Assembly (NCBI GenBank): GCA_965206745.1 | Contig: OZ242220.1 | Location: forward strand, 1,568,001-1,632,000 | Reading direction: 5' to 3' | DNA from: Nitrosopumilus sp. | Lineage (GTDB): Archaea > Thermoproteota > Nitrososphaeria > Nitrososphaerales > Nitrosopumilaceae | DNA: 64,000 bases | In this document: piece by piece, positions 47,758-56,832 of the stretch | How positions within the stretch are numbered: the first letter of the stretch is position 1 | Layout of the letters: each line of letters opens with the position of its first letter | Translations under genes and position numbers: made by a program | Notes under the pieces: model-generated | Database searches by the model: none | What the model was told of the DNA's origin: nothing | The model's input: the letters and a program-made list of their open reading frames with translations, nothing else

Positions 47758-49128
47758 ATGTCTATTGAGACTGACAAATCATTATCGTCAACCATAGATG
47801 ATTTAATTTCATTGATTCAAGATACAATAAATGAAGGAAAAAAAGATGGACGATTAATTCCTCAAAAAATGTTTTATCAAAAATGGATTTTAAATAATTT
47901 CAAGTATACAGATAATGGAGTTGAATATGGTGGTGCAGGAACTCAACCTTTTACAAGAAATGAATGGAGCCAAGCTAAATTAGTATTAGAAGACTACTTG
48001 AAAAAATCTCAGAAATATCAAGCGTTATGCTCCAAACTCAAATCCATGATCAATGGAAATTCTGAAAAATTATTTCATATATTTGCATCAAAACTAATGC
48101 AAAAACTACTTGATGGTAAATCCTCTTCAGATATTCAACAATTAAAGACCATATTCATAAAGGAAATCAAAAATAAGCCAATAGTTACTAGAGTTAGTAA
48201 TGCTTTGGTTGGTATTGTTATACGTTCTCCAAAGATTGTAATTAATGACTCAATTTCATTACGACAGGTACAAAAAGATGATCTGGAAACAGAAACTGAC
48301 ATTTACATGAACGGATTTATGTACAGACATCCACGTCCTTCTGCATTCTTAGAAATAGAAGGATATACAACTGATTCTAATCTATACAAAAAAGAACAGT
48401 TATCAATAGTGATTCTACGGTTATTCAAAGTTGGAAGCGTGAAATCAATACAATCAAAGAAATATAGTGAACATCTTGCACAAGGCCTAGAAACATCTTA
48501 TTCTAATGTCTCTACAGCCATATCAAATGTGATGTTAATTAAAGAAGATGAAGAACAAGCATTACGACATTTCTGGCAAAGTATTGAAAATTACATACCA
48601 AAATCATTTGTAGAATATTCATTTTCTGATTCTAATTTCTCGGATATTGCTCATCGTAGGTATATAGATGCATTATTGAAAGCTGACACTGAAGAATTTA
48701 GAATTGCTAATACCATGATGGGATTGGAAAGTATCTTTCTGAAAGATGACGGGGAATTACAGGAATTATCCTATCGTCTCAGGCTACGTGTAGCTAAGAT
48801 TATGAGCAACTTTGGATATGATCCATTTGAGACTTCCAAAATCATCAAAGACGCATACCAGGTAAGAAGTAGTTTCGTTCATGGAGGTTTGTTATCCTAT
48901 AAAAATAAAAAGAAACTTGTGGAAAAATACAAAAGTATGAATAATTTAATTGAAAAATTACTAGACTTTTTACGCTTATCCATAATCACATCTATAACAG
49001 TTAATGTGAGCAAGGAGGAATTAATCGATACAATAGATGATTCCTTTTTGGATTCCAAATCTCAAGAGAGACTAGCTGCTTTAACATATTATGCAAAAGA
49101 CGTGATGTCTTTGAATAAAAACAGATAG
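47758..49128 (+). CDS. ApeA-like HEPN domain protein
   Basis: MGLESIFL...ELSYRLRLRVA...IKDAYQVRSSFVHGG (Rx4H). Confidence 0.8.
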   Translation: MSIETDKSLSSTIDDLISLIQDTINEGKKDGRLIPQKMFYQKWILNNFKYTDNGVEYGGAGTQPFTRNEWSQAKLVLEDYLKKSQKYQALCSKLKSMINGNSEKLFHIFASKLMQKLLDGKSSSDIQQLKTIFIKEIKNKPIVTRVSNALVGIVIRSPKIVINDSISLRQVQKDDLETETDIYMNGFMYRHPRPSAFLEIEGYTTDSNLYKKEQLSIVILRLFKVGSVKSIQSKKYSEHLAQGLETSYSNVSTAISNVMLIKEDEEQALRHFWQSIENYIPKSFVEYSFSDSNFSDIAHRRYIDALLKADTEEFRIANTMMGLESIFLKDDGELQELSYRLRLRVAKIMSNFGYDPFETSKIIKDAYQVRSSFVHGGLLSYKNKKKLVEKYKSMNNLIEKLLDFLRLSIITSITVNVSKEELIDTIDDSFLDSKSQERLAALTYYAKDVMSLNKNR

Positions 49129-49232
49129 CAGGCAGACCTATTTGATTATTTTACAATACCATATGCTTGTTCAGTTAATGAAAAAATAGATTCCAGAGTC
49201 AAATTTAATAATATCAATCAAAATCATACAAC

Positions 49233-49523
49233 ATGGTAAAAAATTATGGAGACGGAGGCATTACCATGATAGGTTTCAAGAAAATGCACGGTGTTAGAAC
49301 TGAAAACATGTCTACATCATACAATTCTAATGAAAAGATACCTGCATTTGATATGAGAATAAAAGCTAATGAAGATGATTTGTATGTGTATGTGCGAGAT
49401 ATAGATGATGATTGCCACATATTCAATATTCCTAAAGGTAATGAGATGTTTGTAAAAGGTACTTTGTTGATCTTTGATTCATCAAAAATCAAAACAGAAT
49501 ATAAAGACGGTAAAATATGGTAA
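49233..49523 (+). CDS. Hypothetical protein
   Basis: 96-aa ORF, co-oriented with neighbours. Confidence 0.5.
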   Translation: MVKNYGDGGITMIGFKKMHGVRTENMSTSYNSNEKIPAFDMRIKANEDDLYVYVRDIDDDCHIFNIPKGNEMFVKGTLLIFDSSKIKTEYKDGKIW

Positions 49524-49559
49524 GAAATAATAAATAACATCAGTCAGATCTAACTAGCA

Positions 49560-49946
49560 ATGAGTGATGATTGTAGTGAGTTAAGAGAAAAGTTAAACCA
49601 ATACATAACAAAAAAGGAAACAAGTACACTTGAAGATGATTTGTCACCTCAAAATATTTTATCATTGTTTTCAAACAAAGCAAAATGTCTATCCAATGAC
49701 AAAATAAGTGATCAATATGTAGGTTGGCAAAGTAACAGCGGATGGATAGGATTAAGTATTAAGATAAAACGTCAACCGTACAATTATGTCAGTTTTTCAC
49801 TACGTACTACAGAATCAGATACTATGGAGATCACTTCTAGGAACGAATTTTCAGGGTTTACTTGCAAGGAACACCATAAATTTTCTGAATTTGATGATGA
49901 TTTGGTAACTCAAATATTTAGAAAAGCCATGGATGACTTGACATAA
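49560..49946 (+). CDS. Hypothetical protein
   Basis: 128-aa ORF. Confidence 0.55.
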   Translation: MSDDCSELREKLNQYITKKETSTLEDDLSPQNILSLFSNKAKCLSNDKISDQYVGWQSNSGWIGLSIKIKRQPYNYVSFSLRTTESDTMEITSRNEFSGFTCKEHHKFSEFDDDLVTQIFRKAMDDLT

Positions 49947-50064
49947 GATAAAACTGGACATCGATTGGATTCCATATCATATGAAAAGTATTAGAATCTG
50001 TATGACTCTAATTTTAGGCATGCCATGCAACAAGCCTCAACTGCATACCATTACAGATCCTAAT

Positions 50065-51078
50065 TTAGGAAAATAATGCGTGTATGTAATCTAGATACTC
50101 TGTATCATATTGGTAAAAATCATCGTCCCAATCCATATCAATTTCAGAAAGTACTCTCCTATCCTCCATGTATCCTTCATAATGCATCACTTTGTCACCA
50201 GGATTGTAAATTAGTACTTTGGAGAGTGCTCCCACATTACAGGAATTGCCTTTACTGTACCATGTGTCATCGTTAATCTCTTCACAGCCAGGATAATAAG
50301 ATCCTTTTCCCTCATTAAAAAATTCTTCATTATCTGTTTCGTATGGAAGTATGAAAATTTGAAAACTTGCATTATGATCTGGTACATCAACATAGTAGTA
50401 CTGTTCCCCGTCATTGCAGAAATCAATTTGTTCATACCAATTGGGGGGCAATGTTCCATTGAAATCTCGGTCCTTTTTGAATTGTGTCTCTCCTGATGGA
50501 TACATGATGTTATCCACTTTGTCACTGTGCCCGTATCCTAAAACGTGTCCTATCTCATGCCAAGTGGTTTGTGTGATTGACCAGTCCGTCAAATGCTGCC
50601 ATGTACCATCACAACTTGTTGCACCTAGGGATACTGTTGCTATGTTTCCACTATATGCCACTCCCAGATATTCAGGTCCGTAATCTTTTACCCACATTAT
50701 TGTAAAGTCAGCTTGTGACTCATCGTAAACCCTAGTTAATTTTATTCCTTGTTCATATCTTCCGTCCAAAAATTCATCGAAATGCGAGATGTCATAAGTT
50801 GAGTAGAATGGTAATGGATCCACATAATAATTAATTTCACCGTAAATTATGCCTCTTAAAACCGGATTTGTGAAAGATTCTTGATGAGCTAATTGTATTT
50901 CTAGGTCTTCGATGGCATTCTCTAATTCCCGAATATAGGACTCTGTTTCTATAACGTATGATTCGTGATATTCTTTCCATTCATAAACAAGTTCTTCCCA
51001 GCTTTGGGCATAAGCTGATCCTGCCCCCATTGTAGCAACCAAAGATAATGCCAGAATCGATAAAATGATCTTGTTCAA
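50065..51078 (-). CDS. Secreted matrixin (M10-like) zinc metalloprotease
   Basis: Signal peptide; HEIGHVLGYGH zinc motif; Met-turn NIMYP. Confidence 0.88.
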   Translation of the reverse strand: MNKIILSILALSLVATMGAGSAYAQSWEELVYEWKEYHESYVIETESYIRELENAIEDLEIQLAHQESFTNPVLRGIIYGEINYYVDPLPFYSTYDISHFDEFLDGRYEQGIKLTRVYDESQADFTIMWVKDYGPEYLGVAYSGNIATVSLGATSCDGTWQHLTDWSITQTTWHEIGHVLGYGHSDKVDNIMYPSGETQFKKDRDFNGTLPPNWYEQIDFCNDGEQYYYVDVPDHNASFQIFILPYETDNEEFFNEGKGSYYPGCEEINDDTWYSKGNSCNVGALSKVLIYNPGDKVMHYEGYMEDRRVLSEIDMDWDDDFYQYDTEYLDYIHALFS

Positions 51079-51446
51079 TGAATTTCAGAGATGTTGTAGT
51101 TTTAAAAGAATTGCTGATTATTTGCCTTAATTTGTCAATTTTTTTGTAATGTCTGGGAATGCCCATTTACCATTAAATACAAGAAATAATCATTGATAGT
51201 CATGGCAAAGAGAACCTTTGAGGAAAAAGTTCAGAGGTTGATGAAGGAGTGCAATTATCCCAGAATCATGGCAGAGAACGAAGTCAGACGCTGGTCTTAG
51301 AGACACTTTCATTTTTCAGGAATTTCAAAATCCCTCACAGTATTTTCCAGTCCCTACAGAACATCCCGGCTCAGATGCACACATTAGATGCCACCCTTGT
51401 AACCTGCTCCAAACTACAGACAACACCAAATGACTGCTGGACCAAT

Positions 51447-51773
51447 CTACCACTTTTCCCAATCATGGTTCAATAGATCATCCCAGGAACCAGATACCTG
51501 CGGCTCAAACTGCTCATCAGGGCCCTCCTGTACATCTGCCTGCTCCCTCCGAATCTGTCTGTCTGCCTTTACCCTCCGAGTATCATTGAAGGGCTCAGGA
51601 GCTGCTGCACCTCCAGAGAGGGCACGGTACGAGTGGGTGATTCGTTTGAACTGCTCTGTAGTATCAGATTTATTTCTGTCAGGGTGCATCCTCAGTGCCA
51701 GCTCCCTGTACCTCTGCTTTACCTGATAGGGGGAGGCATCCCTTGGCAGGCCCAGTATATCGTGATGGTTCAT
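51447..51773 (-). CDS. DnaJ (J-domain) protein
   Basis: HDILGL...VKQRYRELALRMHPDRN...FKRITHSYRAL. Confidence 0.88.
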   Translation of the reverse strand: MNHHDILGLPRDASPYQVKQRYRELALRMHPDRNKSDTTEQFKRITHSYRALSGGAAAPEPFNDTRRVKADRQIRREQADVQEGPDEQFEPQVSGSWDDLLNHDWEKW

Positions 51774-52174
51774 TGGCGTAACTTGGCAAATGCGCTTATA
51801 GCCTTGCGTGATAACAGTATAACCTGCACATTATTAGGATAGACTGGTGTGACTCTGAATTTTTTGGCACTGGTCATAAATACTGCAAGATCTTGAAAAC
51901 AAGTTCACCGGGAATGGATTTATAAAATTTGACTAGGCAAAGCCGTCGCCCCTTCGGATAAATCCTATGTGCAAAGACGCGGATTGACGGACTTATTTGC
52001 GTACTAGTATATTATACATAATATGATAAAAAGGATTTGGTCTGACTCCCGCATGGATAAGTCACATGTGTCGTTTGGTCAGATGATGCAGATTACAGTT
52101 TAGAGTCTTTGTGCCTGTAGCATGCAGAGAATGCCTTGCAGTCTGGTTTTAGTTATTAATAATTCATGGGTTTT

Positions 52175-52675
52175 TTACGGTTTGGGCACTAGTGAAAGAC
52201 AGGTATCGTAATCTGTACATTTGATCTCAGCTGCCAGTCCTTCCACTGCACCTGCATCAGATTCTGCGACCAAGAAACTATAGATATATCCAGGACACCC
52301 ACATCCTTCACAAGTAAGATAATCCACATCTTTTCCTACTGCATCATAAAGAAAAATCCCATAATTCTCAAGATACTTTTGTGTTGTGTATTTTAGAGGG
52401 TTGAGTTCTTTTGTCAGATAGGCAGACGGTTCAAATGGATTATCTGGATTAGGTGTCTCCTCTTCTTGATGATAATATCTCCACGGCGGATGTCCATCAC
52501 ACTGTGAATACGTGATGTTAACCCAGACTGGAAGTGGATCTGTATCTTGTGTGTTGAAGAGTGTAGTGGGTGGTGAGTCTGTGGTATTAACTGGAATTAG
52601 TGGCAAACCAACCAGCCAAAATACTCCAAGCCCCAACCCGACTGCAACCACAATGACATATGCCAGTCTCCTCAT
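52175..52675 (-). CDS. Membrane-anchored extracellular protein with CEGCGC motif
   Basis: N-terminal TM helix; TCEGCGCPG. Confidence 0.65.
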   Translation of the reverse strand: MRRLAYVIVVAVGLGLGVFWLVGLPLIPVNTTDSPPTTLFNTQDTDPLPVWVNITYSQCDGHPPWRYYHQEEETPNPDNPFEPSAYLTKELNPLKYTTQKYLENYGIFLYDAVGKDVDYLTCEGCGCPGYIYSFLVAESDAGAVEGLAAEIKCTDYDTCLSLVPKP

Positions 52676-52830
52676 CAGACATCTAATCTCATGCCTTGGT
52701 ATTTGTACTTGTAGAGATATCTCATGGCCATATCACAGTGTTGGAATAACCCATAGCCGCATCTACCAATTATACATAATATAATTAATAATGGCATACG
52801 ATTACCAAATCCATGTGGAGAGTCTAATTC

Positions 52831-53025
52831 ATGGTTTCAATAAAATATGATGAAGAAGCAGGGGCACTTTACTTTCATATGAGAAAAGGCAAGATTGCAA
52901 GAACAATATCTCTTGGAAAGGACCAGTTTCTGGATGTAGACAAAGATGGAAAGATGGTAGGCCTTGAAGTTTTGCTGTCTGATAAAATTCCAGCTGGAGC
53001 AAAAAAAGTAATTTCAAACGCATAG
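52831..53025 (+). CDS. DUF2283-family protein (putative antitoxin)
   Basis: IKYDEEAGALYF...LDVDKDGKMVGLEVL. Confidence 0.8.
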   Translation: MVSIKYDEEAGALYFHMRKGKIARTISLGKDQFLDVDKDGKMVGLEVLLSDKIPAGAKKVISNA

Positions 53026-53085
53026 TTCCTGCAAGGCTGCTCAAAAATAATCAAATAAATATCGTTTTGGCACATCAAAATACTA

Positions 53086-53850
53086 ATGGATACCGGCTCG
53101 TTTGATGGCATCAGAAGAAACGATGAGAGGTACAGGTGGCAGGTGATGGCAGACCATGCAGGGCTGGTCGGCAAGGCCAAGGAGGCAGTCCGATACCAGT
53201 ATGAGCTGCACGGAAGGCTTGTCAGGCGCCTAAATGAAAAGCTGCAGAACCGTGACCTGCAGGAGATGCCTCCGGCAAAGAGGAGGATGGTCATCTCGCA
53301 CTCGCTGTATGTAAAGAACTGCAGGGCAATCCACTCGTCGTACGAGCTTGTCTTGGGCGGGAAGATATCTGCATCCTATGCGCTTCTCAGGGACATACAC
53401 GAGGCAGTACTGGCACAGTACTATATTGGACTGTGTGAGGAGACAGAGTTTTCCAGGTATGCAAAGCTGCACCAGTGGGAGCGTGCCGGGTCAGACCATG
53501 ACTTTTACAGGCAGAGGCTGTATGTGTATGACGCCCTTGATGCTGCCTCCCGTGCATACTCGAAACTCTGCCGTCTGGCCCATCCGGGCTGGGATGTGCA
53601 GCTTGTCGGCTTCCAGTATGATGCAGAGGTGGTATCAGATTCCCTTTGCTGCCTGCTGTCAAGTTCGCTGTATAATGTGATGGCGCATTCTCAGGCCTGG
53701 ACGTTCAATGAGGGATTCATGCCCGAACTCTTGGGGATGGTCCGGCCGTTTGTTGAGCGGTATCTGCATGATTTGGATTACAACATGGAGGGGATGTTTC
53801 CAAACCATCCGGATGTGGCCAATAGGGTTTTGTGGAAGCCTTTGGGTTGA
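53086..53850 (+). CDS. Hypothetical protein, DUF5677/HEPN-like
   Basis: SAS.ALLRDIHE...AYSKLCRLAHP pattern; visibly GC-richer than flanks. Confidence 0.55.
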   Translation: MDTGSFDGIRRNDERYRWQVMADHAGLVGKAKEAVRYQYELHGRLVRRLNEKLQNRDLQEMPPAKRRMVISHSLYVKNCRAIHSSYELVLGGKISASYALLRDIHEAVLAQYYIGLCEETEFSRYAKLHQWERAGSDHDFYRQRLYVYDALDAASRAYSKLCRLAHPGWDVQLVGFQYDAEVVSDSLCCLLSSSLYNVMAHSQAWTFNEGFMPELLGMVRPFVERYLHDLDYNMEGMFPNHPDVANRVLWKPLG

Positions 53851-53868
53851 TTTGTTTCTTAGATGGGG

Positions 53869-54273
53869 TCACTTGAGATTTGCAACCGGGATTCCAGCCT
53901 GTCCTGACTTTTCAGCATGCTTGAGGGAACTCTCTATCTTTTTCATGTATATGGCACAGTTGTGGCACAGGATGCGGAAATTTCTATCTGGGCTTTTTCC
54001 GTGAATTATTGTTTCTCCAACTAGCGTCTTTGCGTATTTTGAGTCATTTTGCTTTGAATTTTCAATGCGGTAGATGGTGAGAAGCTCCTCATGTTTTTCA
54101 CTACACACCACGCACCTGCCCCCCAGGATCTCCATCATGCTTGCCGTAGGCGTGCAGTCTTGATTCTCAGGCGGATTGGTCCTGTCATCTACCACCCCGT
54201 ACATATCGTCATGGTCATATAGAATCTCTTGTTTAACTTGGGCATCAGTTGCAAAACTATTGTCATATGACAT
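53869..54273 (-). CDS. Degenerate HNH-like zinc-binding protein
   Basis: LGGRCVVC...LTI...FRILCHNC; the usual HNH DH motif is missing. Confidence 0.5.
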   Translation of the reverse strand: MSYDNSFATDAQVKQEILYDHDDMYGVVDDRTNPPENQDCTPTASMMEILGGRCVVCSEKHEELLTIYRIENSKQNDSKYAKTLVGETIIHGKSPDRNFRILCHNCAIYMKKIESSLKHAEKSGQAGIPVANLK

Positions 54274-54522
54274 TGTATGTTTTGTGTGCCGGAGATCTAT
54301 AGATCTTGTGGTTTAAAATATCGTCGTTTCTCTGCAGAAAAATTGACAAGATTTTGTCTGCAAGTTTGGTTATACATGTCCAAGATTTGATTGGTGGCAG
54401 ATTTTGCTCAAAGATGCAAGTCTGACCAGTTCTTGAAGATGCCTATCCTCTCCAAATCAGTTCTTTGAATGTGGAGGATAGAAAGATCCTTGTAAAAAAT
54501 GGCTGAAGACAAGTGTGTAAAT

Positions 54523-54569
54523 GACCATACTCACAAACGGGGATCTGATCACTATATTTGAGCAGAGCT
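54523..54569 (-). repeat. Palindromic ~47-bp intergenic repeat, copy G
   Basis: Reverse complement AGCTCTGCTCAAATATAGTGATCAGATCCCCGTTTGTGAG; 34/38 identical to copy D. Confidence 0.85.
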
Positions 54570-54706
54570 GGTAAAAATAATCATGCACATTCATTTCCAT
54601 CAAGATTTGATGTATAATGGCTATTCATGCCACCTGTATTTTTCTATCATGGGCAGTTTCTAGCTGTTGATCATAACCTAAACTTTGATAATGTCTATAG
54701 TTCCAA

Positions 54707-55147
54707 TTATGGAAGCAAAAAATTATAGATAAATGAAAGTGATCCAAACACAACTCCAGCAATATATCCCACATATTGAATTATTGGACCTAGCGGTCTT
54801 AGATCCTCAGAAAAAATATCTATATCAGGATTTTCTTCTTGATATGTTGCTAATGCACGTTTGAATGTTCTGGGCTGTCTTATCTTAAGATCCCATTTGT
54901 GTCGATTAAACTTGTATCCAATTTGCACTTTTGATTCGGTCAAATCCTCTTGTAATTTTAGCATTCTCCGTAAATTATCACACATTACAGCATCCAATGT
55001 TTTATCTTTTAAATTTAATCGTAATCTTATATTCGGAATGCCTGGAAATAGTTTTCGCCTAGTTTTTTGTAGTGATCTGGATACTTTGGACTTTTTCTTT
55101 ACATTTTTGGAAGATTTCTCTGGCAACTTTTTCTTTTTCTTGTTCAT
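54707..55147 (-). CDS. Hypothetical protein with C-terminal TM helix (true start probably downstream of the track start)
   Basis: C-terminal IIQYVGYIAGVVFGSLSFIYNFLL; the N-terminal ~30 codons overlap the upstream ORF. Confidence 0.5.
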   Translation of the reverse strand: MNKKKKKLPEKSSKNVKKKSKVSRSLQKTRRKLFPGIPNIRLRLNLKDKTLDAVMCDNLRRMLKLQEDLTESKVQIGYKFNRHKWDLKIRQPRTFKRALATYQEENPDIDIFSEDLRPLGPIIQYVGYIAGVVFGSLSFIYNFLLP

Positions 55148-55304
55148 TTTCTAATTCTAATTTTGCAGATATATCAAAAGATGGCGAATTAGCAAGATCT
55201 TTTAAATCGGTAAATCCTAAACCCTCTAAAACACGTTTCACTTCAGGACATGCCTGATGCGTATTACAAAGTATCTTGAACTCGACCTCTGTTTTCAAGA
55301 GCAT
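55059..55304 (-). CDS. Small hypothetical protein, possibly ACT / Lrp-AsnC ligand-binding-like fold
   Basis: 81 aa with a beta-alpha-beta-beta-alpha-beta-like pattern (..FDISAKLELENEQE..). Confidence 0.45.
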   Translation of the reverse strand: MLLKTEVEFKILCNTHQACPEVKRVLEGLGFTDLKDLANSPSFDISAKLELENEQEKEKVAREIFQKCKEKVQSIQITTKN

Positions 55305-55601
55305 GATTTTAAATTTTGACCTCCAAGATATATTTTAAATAACAATAATCTATTATTGAATAACTACTATAAAATATTATATTTTATTATATTTTATTAT
55401 TATTCAATAATTATTTAGTATCTCAGAGTAAAGAATTGTATGAGGGCTAACAACTCAAAAAACTAGGCATGGAAATATTTTCGACAATGGTAATTCGTGC
55501 CTAACCAAAAGAAAGTAGCGATCTCATACGTTTTGTCTCTCTGAAAATACAGATTCCCAAATGGAACTCTAGTACACGCATACATCTAAGGACGGAAAAT
55601 A

Positions 55602-56441
55602 TCAGTCAAATACTGACCATTTTTCCGGATATCTTTCTCTTAATTTATCATACATTGCCTCTAATTTATCAGACTCCATACCGTGATCTACGATTCTGCG
55701 AATCTCCCTAAAATCATCATAATAAGAGGTAAAGGATTTATCGGATTCGCTAGTATTTTTCCTTGCATCAGCACGTCCTTTCTTATCTTTTTTTAAATTG
55801 GCATAGGCATAATTCTGACCTGCCAACTCATGGCTTAAATCAATACATTTTCGATAAAGAAAATTTAGACATGACCCAATTTTATCATGCAGTTCTGGAT
55901 ATTGTTTTTCAACTTTAGAGAGGATTCGATCATACTCCTCATGCATCAATGTTTGCCTAAACATGGCAATGGCAGAAGTATTGGGCATCGTGTGGTTTGC
56001 ATAAGATTCCAACTCCTCAGACAGATGCTCCAACAGATCAACTAGATCAGTTTGGAACTTGTGAGGGTGTCCTTTGAATGTCTCCTCTATGCTACTAGCT
56101 GATTCTGTTATGCGCTTGGTTATTTTTTTCAAATCATCGGTCAGCTCCTCAGAGGTCTTTGATGTGGTTGGGATCCATTGAATATTTTTTCCCGATTCGT
56201 CATATTTGATTTTTTTATCCTCTACAAGGTCATCACAGTATTTTTTCAATGTTTTTCTGTCACACATATCATCCACAATACAGAGTTCCTTGCGCAACTC
56301 TACATCAGATATACCATGTATCGACTTGACTGTACGACATATTCTGTCCTTGATCCTTTTTTCCGTATTTATACCCAAGATATGGACACTTTTACCAGTG
56401 CCGTATATTATTTCTTGGAATTTTGTCCTTGTTGAATCCAT
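55602..56441 (-). CDS. Winged-helix DNA-binding domain plus helical/coiled-coil protein
   Basis: Likely start MDSTRTK at 56441; RICRTVKSIHGISDVELRKEL...DRKTLKKYCDDLVEDKKIKY..SGKNIQW. Confidence 0.6.
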   Translation of the reverse strand: MDSTRTKFQEIIYGTGKSVHILGINTEKRIKDRICRTVKSIHGISDVELRKELCIVDDMCDRKTLKKYCDDLVEDKKIKYDESGKNIQWIPTTSKTSEELTDDLKKITKRITESASSIEETFKGHPHKFQTDLVDLLEHLSEELESYANHTMPNTSAIAMFRQTLMHEEYDRILSKVEKQYPELHDKIGSCLNFLYRKCIDLSHELAGQNYAYANLKKDKKGRADARKNTSESDKSFTSYYDDFREIRRIVDHGMESDKLEAMYDKLRERYPEKWSVFD

Positions 56442-56469
56442 GTATAACGGAAAGAGCTTGGTACAATAC

Positions 56470-56583
56470 ATGAGCAAAAATGTTCAATCAGCATCCCGTG
56501 CTGGAAAAGGAAAAGGAGGAAAACCTTCTGGCACAGGCAAGCCCTCTGGTGGCGGACGAGACAACAATCCACTAGGAAAATAA
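56470..56583 (+). CDS. 37-aa Gly/Lys-rich micropeptide
   Basis: MSKNVQSASRAGKGKGGKPSGTGKPSGGGRDNNPLGK; followed directly by a strong terminator. Confidence 0.65.
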   Translation: MSKNVQSASRAGKGKGGKPSGTGKPSGGGRDNNPLGK

Positions 56584-56591
56584 GCCCATAT

Positions 56592-56625
56592 CCTGCTAGG
56601 ATTATTCCTAGCAGGGCTTTTTTTT
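56592..56625 (+). terminator. Intrinsic terminator (10-bp stem plus T8)
   Basis: cctgctagga-ttat-tcctagcagg-gc-tttttttt. Confidence 0.8.
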
Positions 56626-56832
56626 AATTTGTAGCAGATCAACTGTACTGTAAACTCGTGACTGAAATTATCAGTAATGATTTGCAGATGGAAATCTAAT
56701 TGGATTTGCTCCCAAGATAGTTAGTATGAGTCAGAACAAGATTCAGTATTTCAAGTCCAAGACTGCACAGGACCTAGATTTTTGATTGCAAGTCTATTCG
56801 TGGATTCTGAGATACGCTAGATGATTTTGATA

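Noticed and set aside
56684-56715. Possible further degenerate copy of the 47-bp palindrome (also ~18467-18491 and ~24510-24540)
   Set aside because: Similarity is too low to separate from chance by eye; needs a profile scan.
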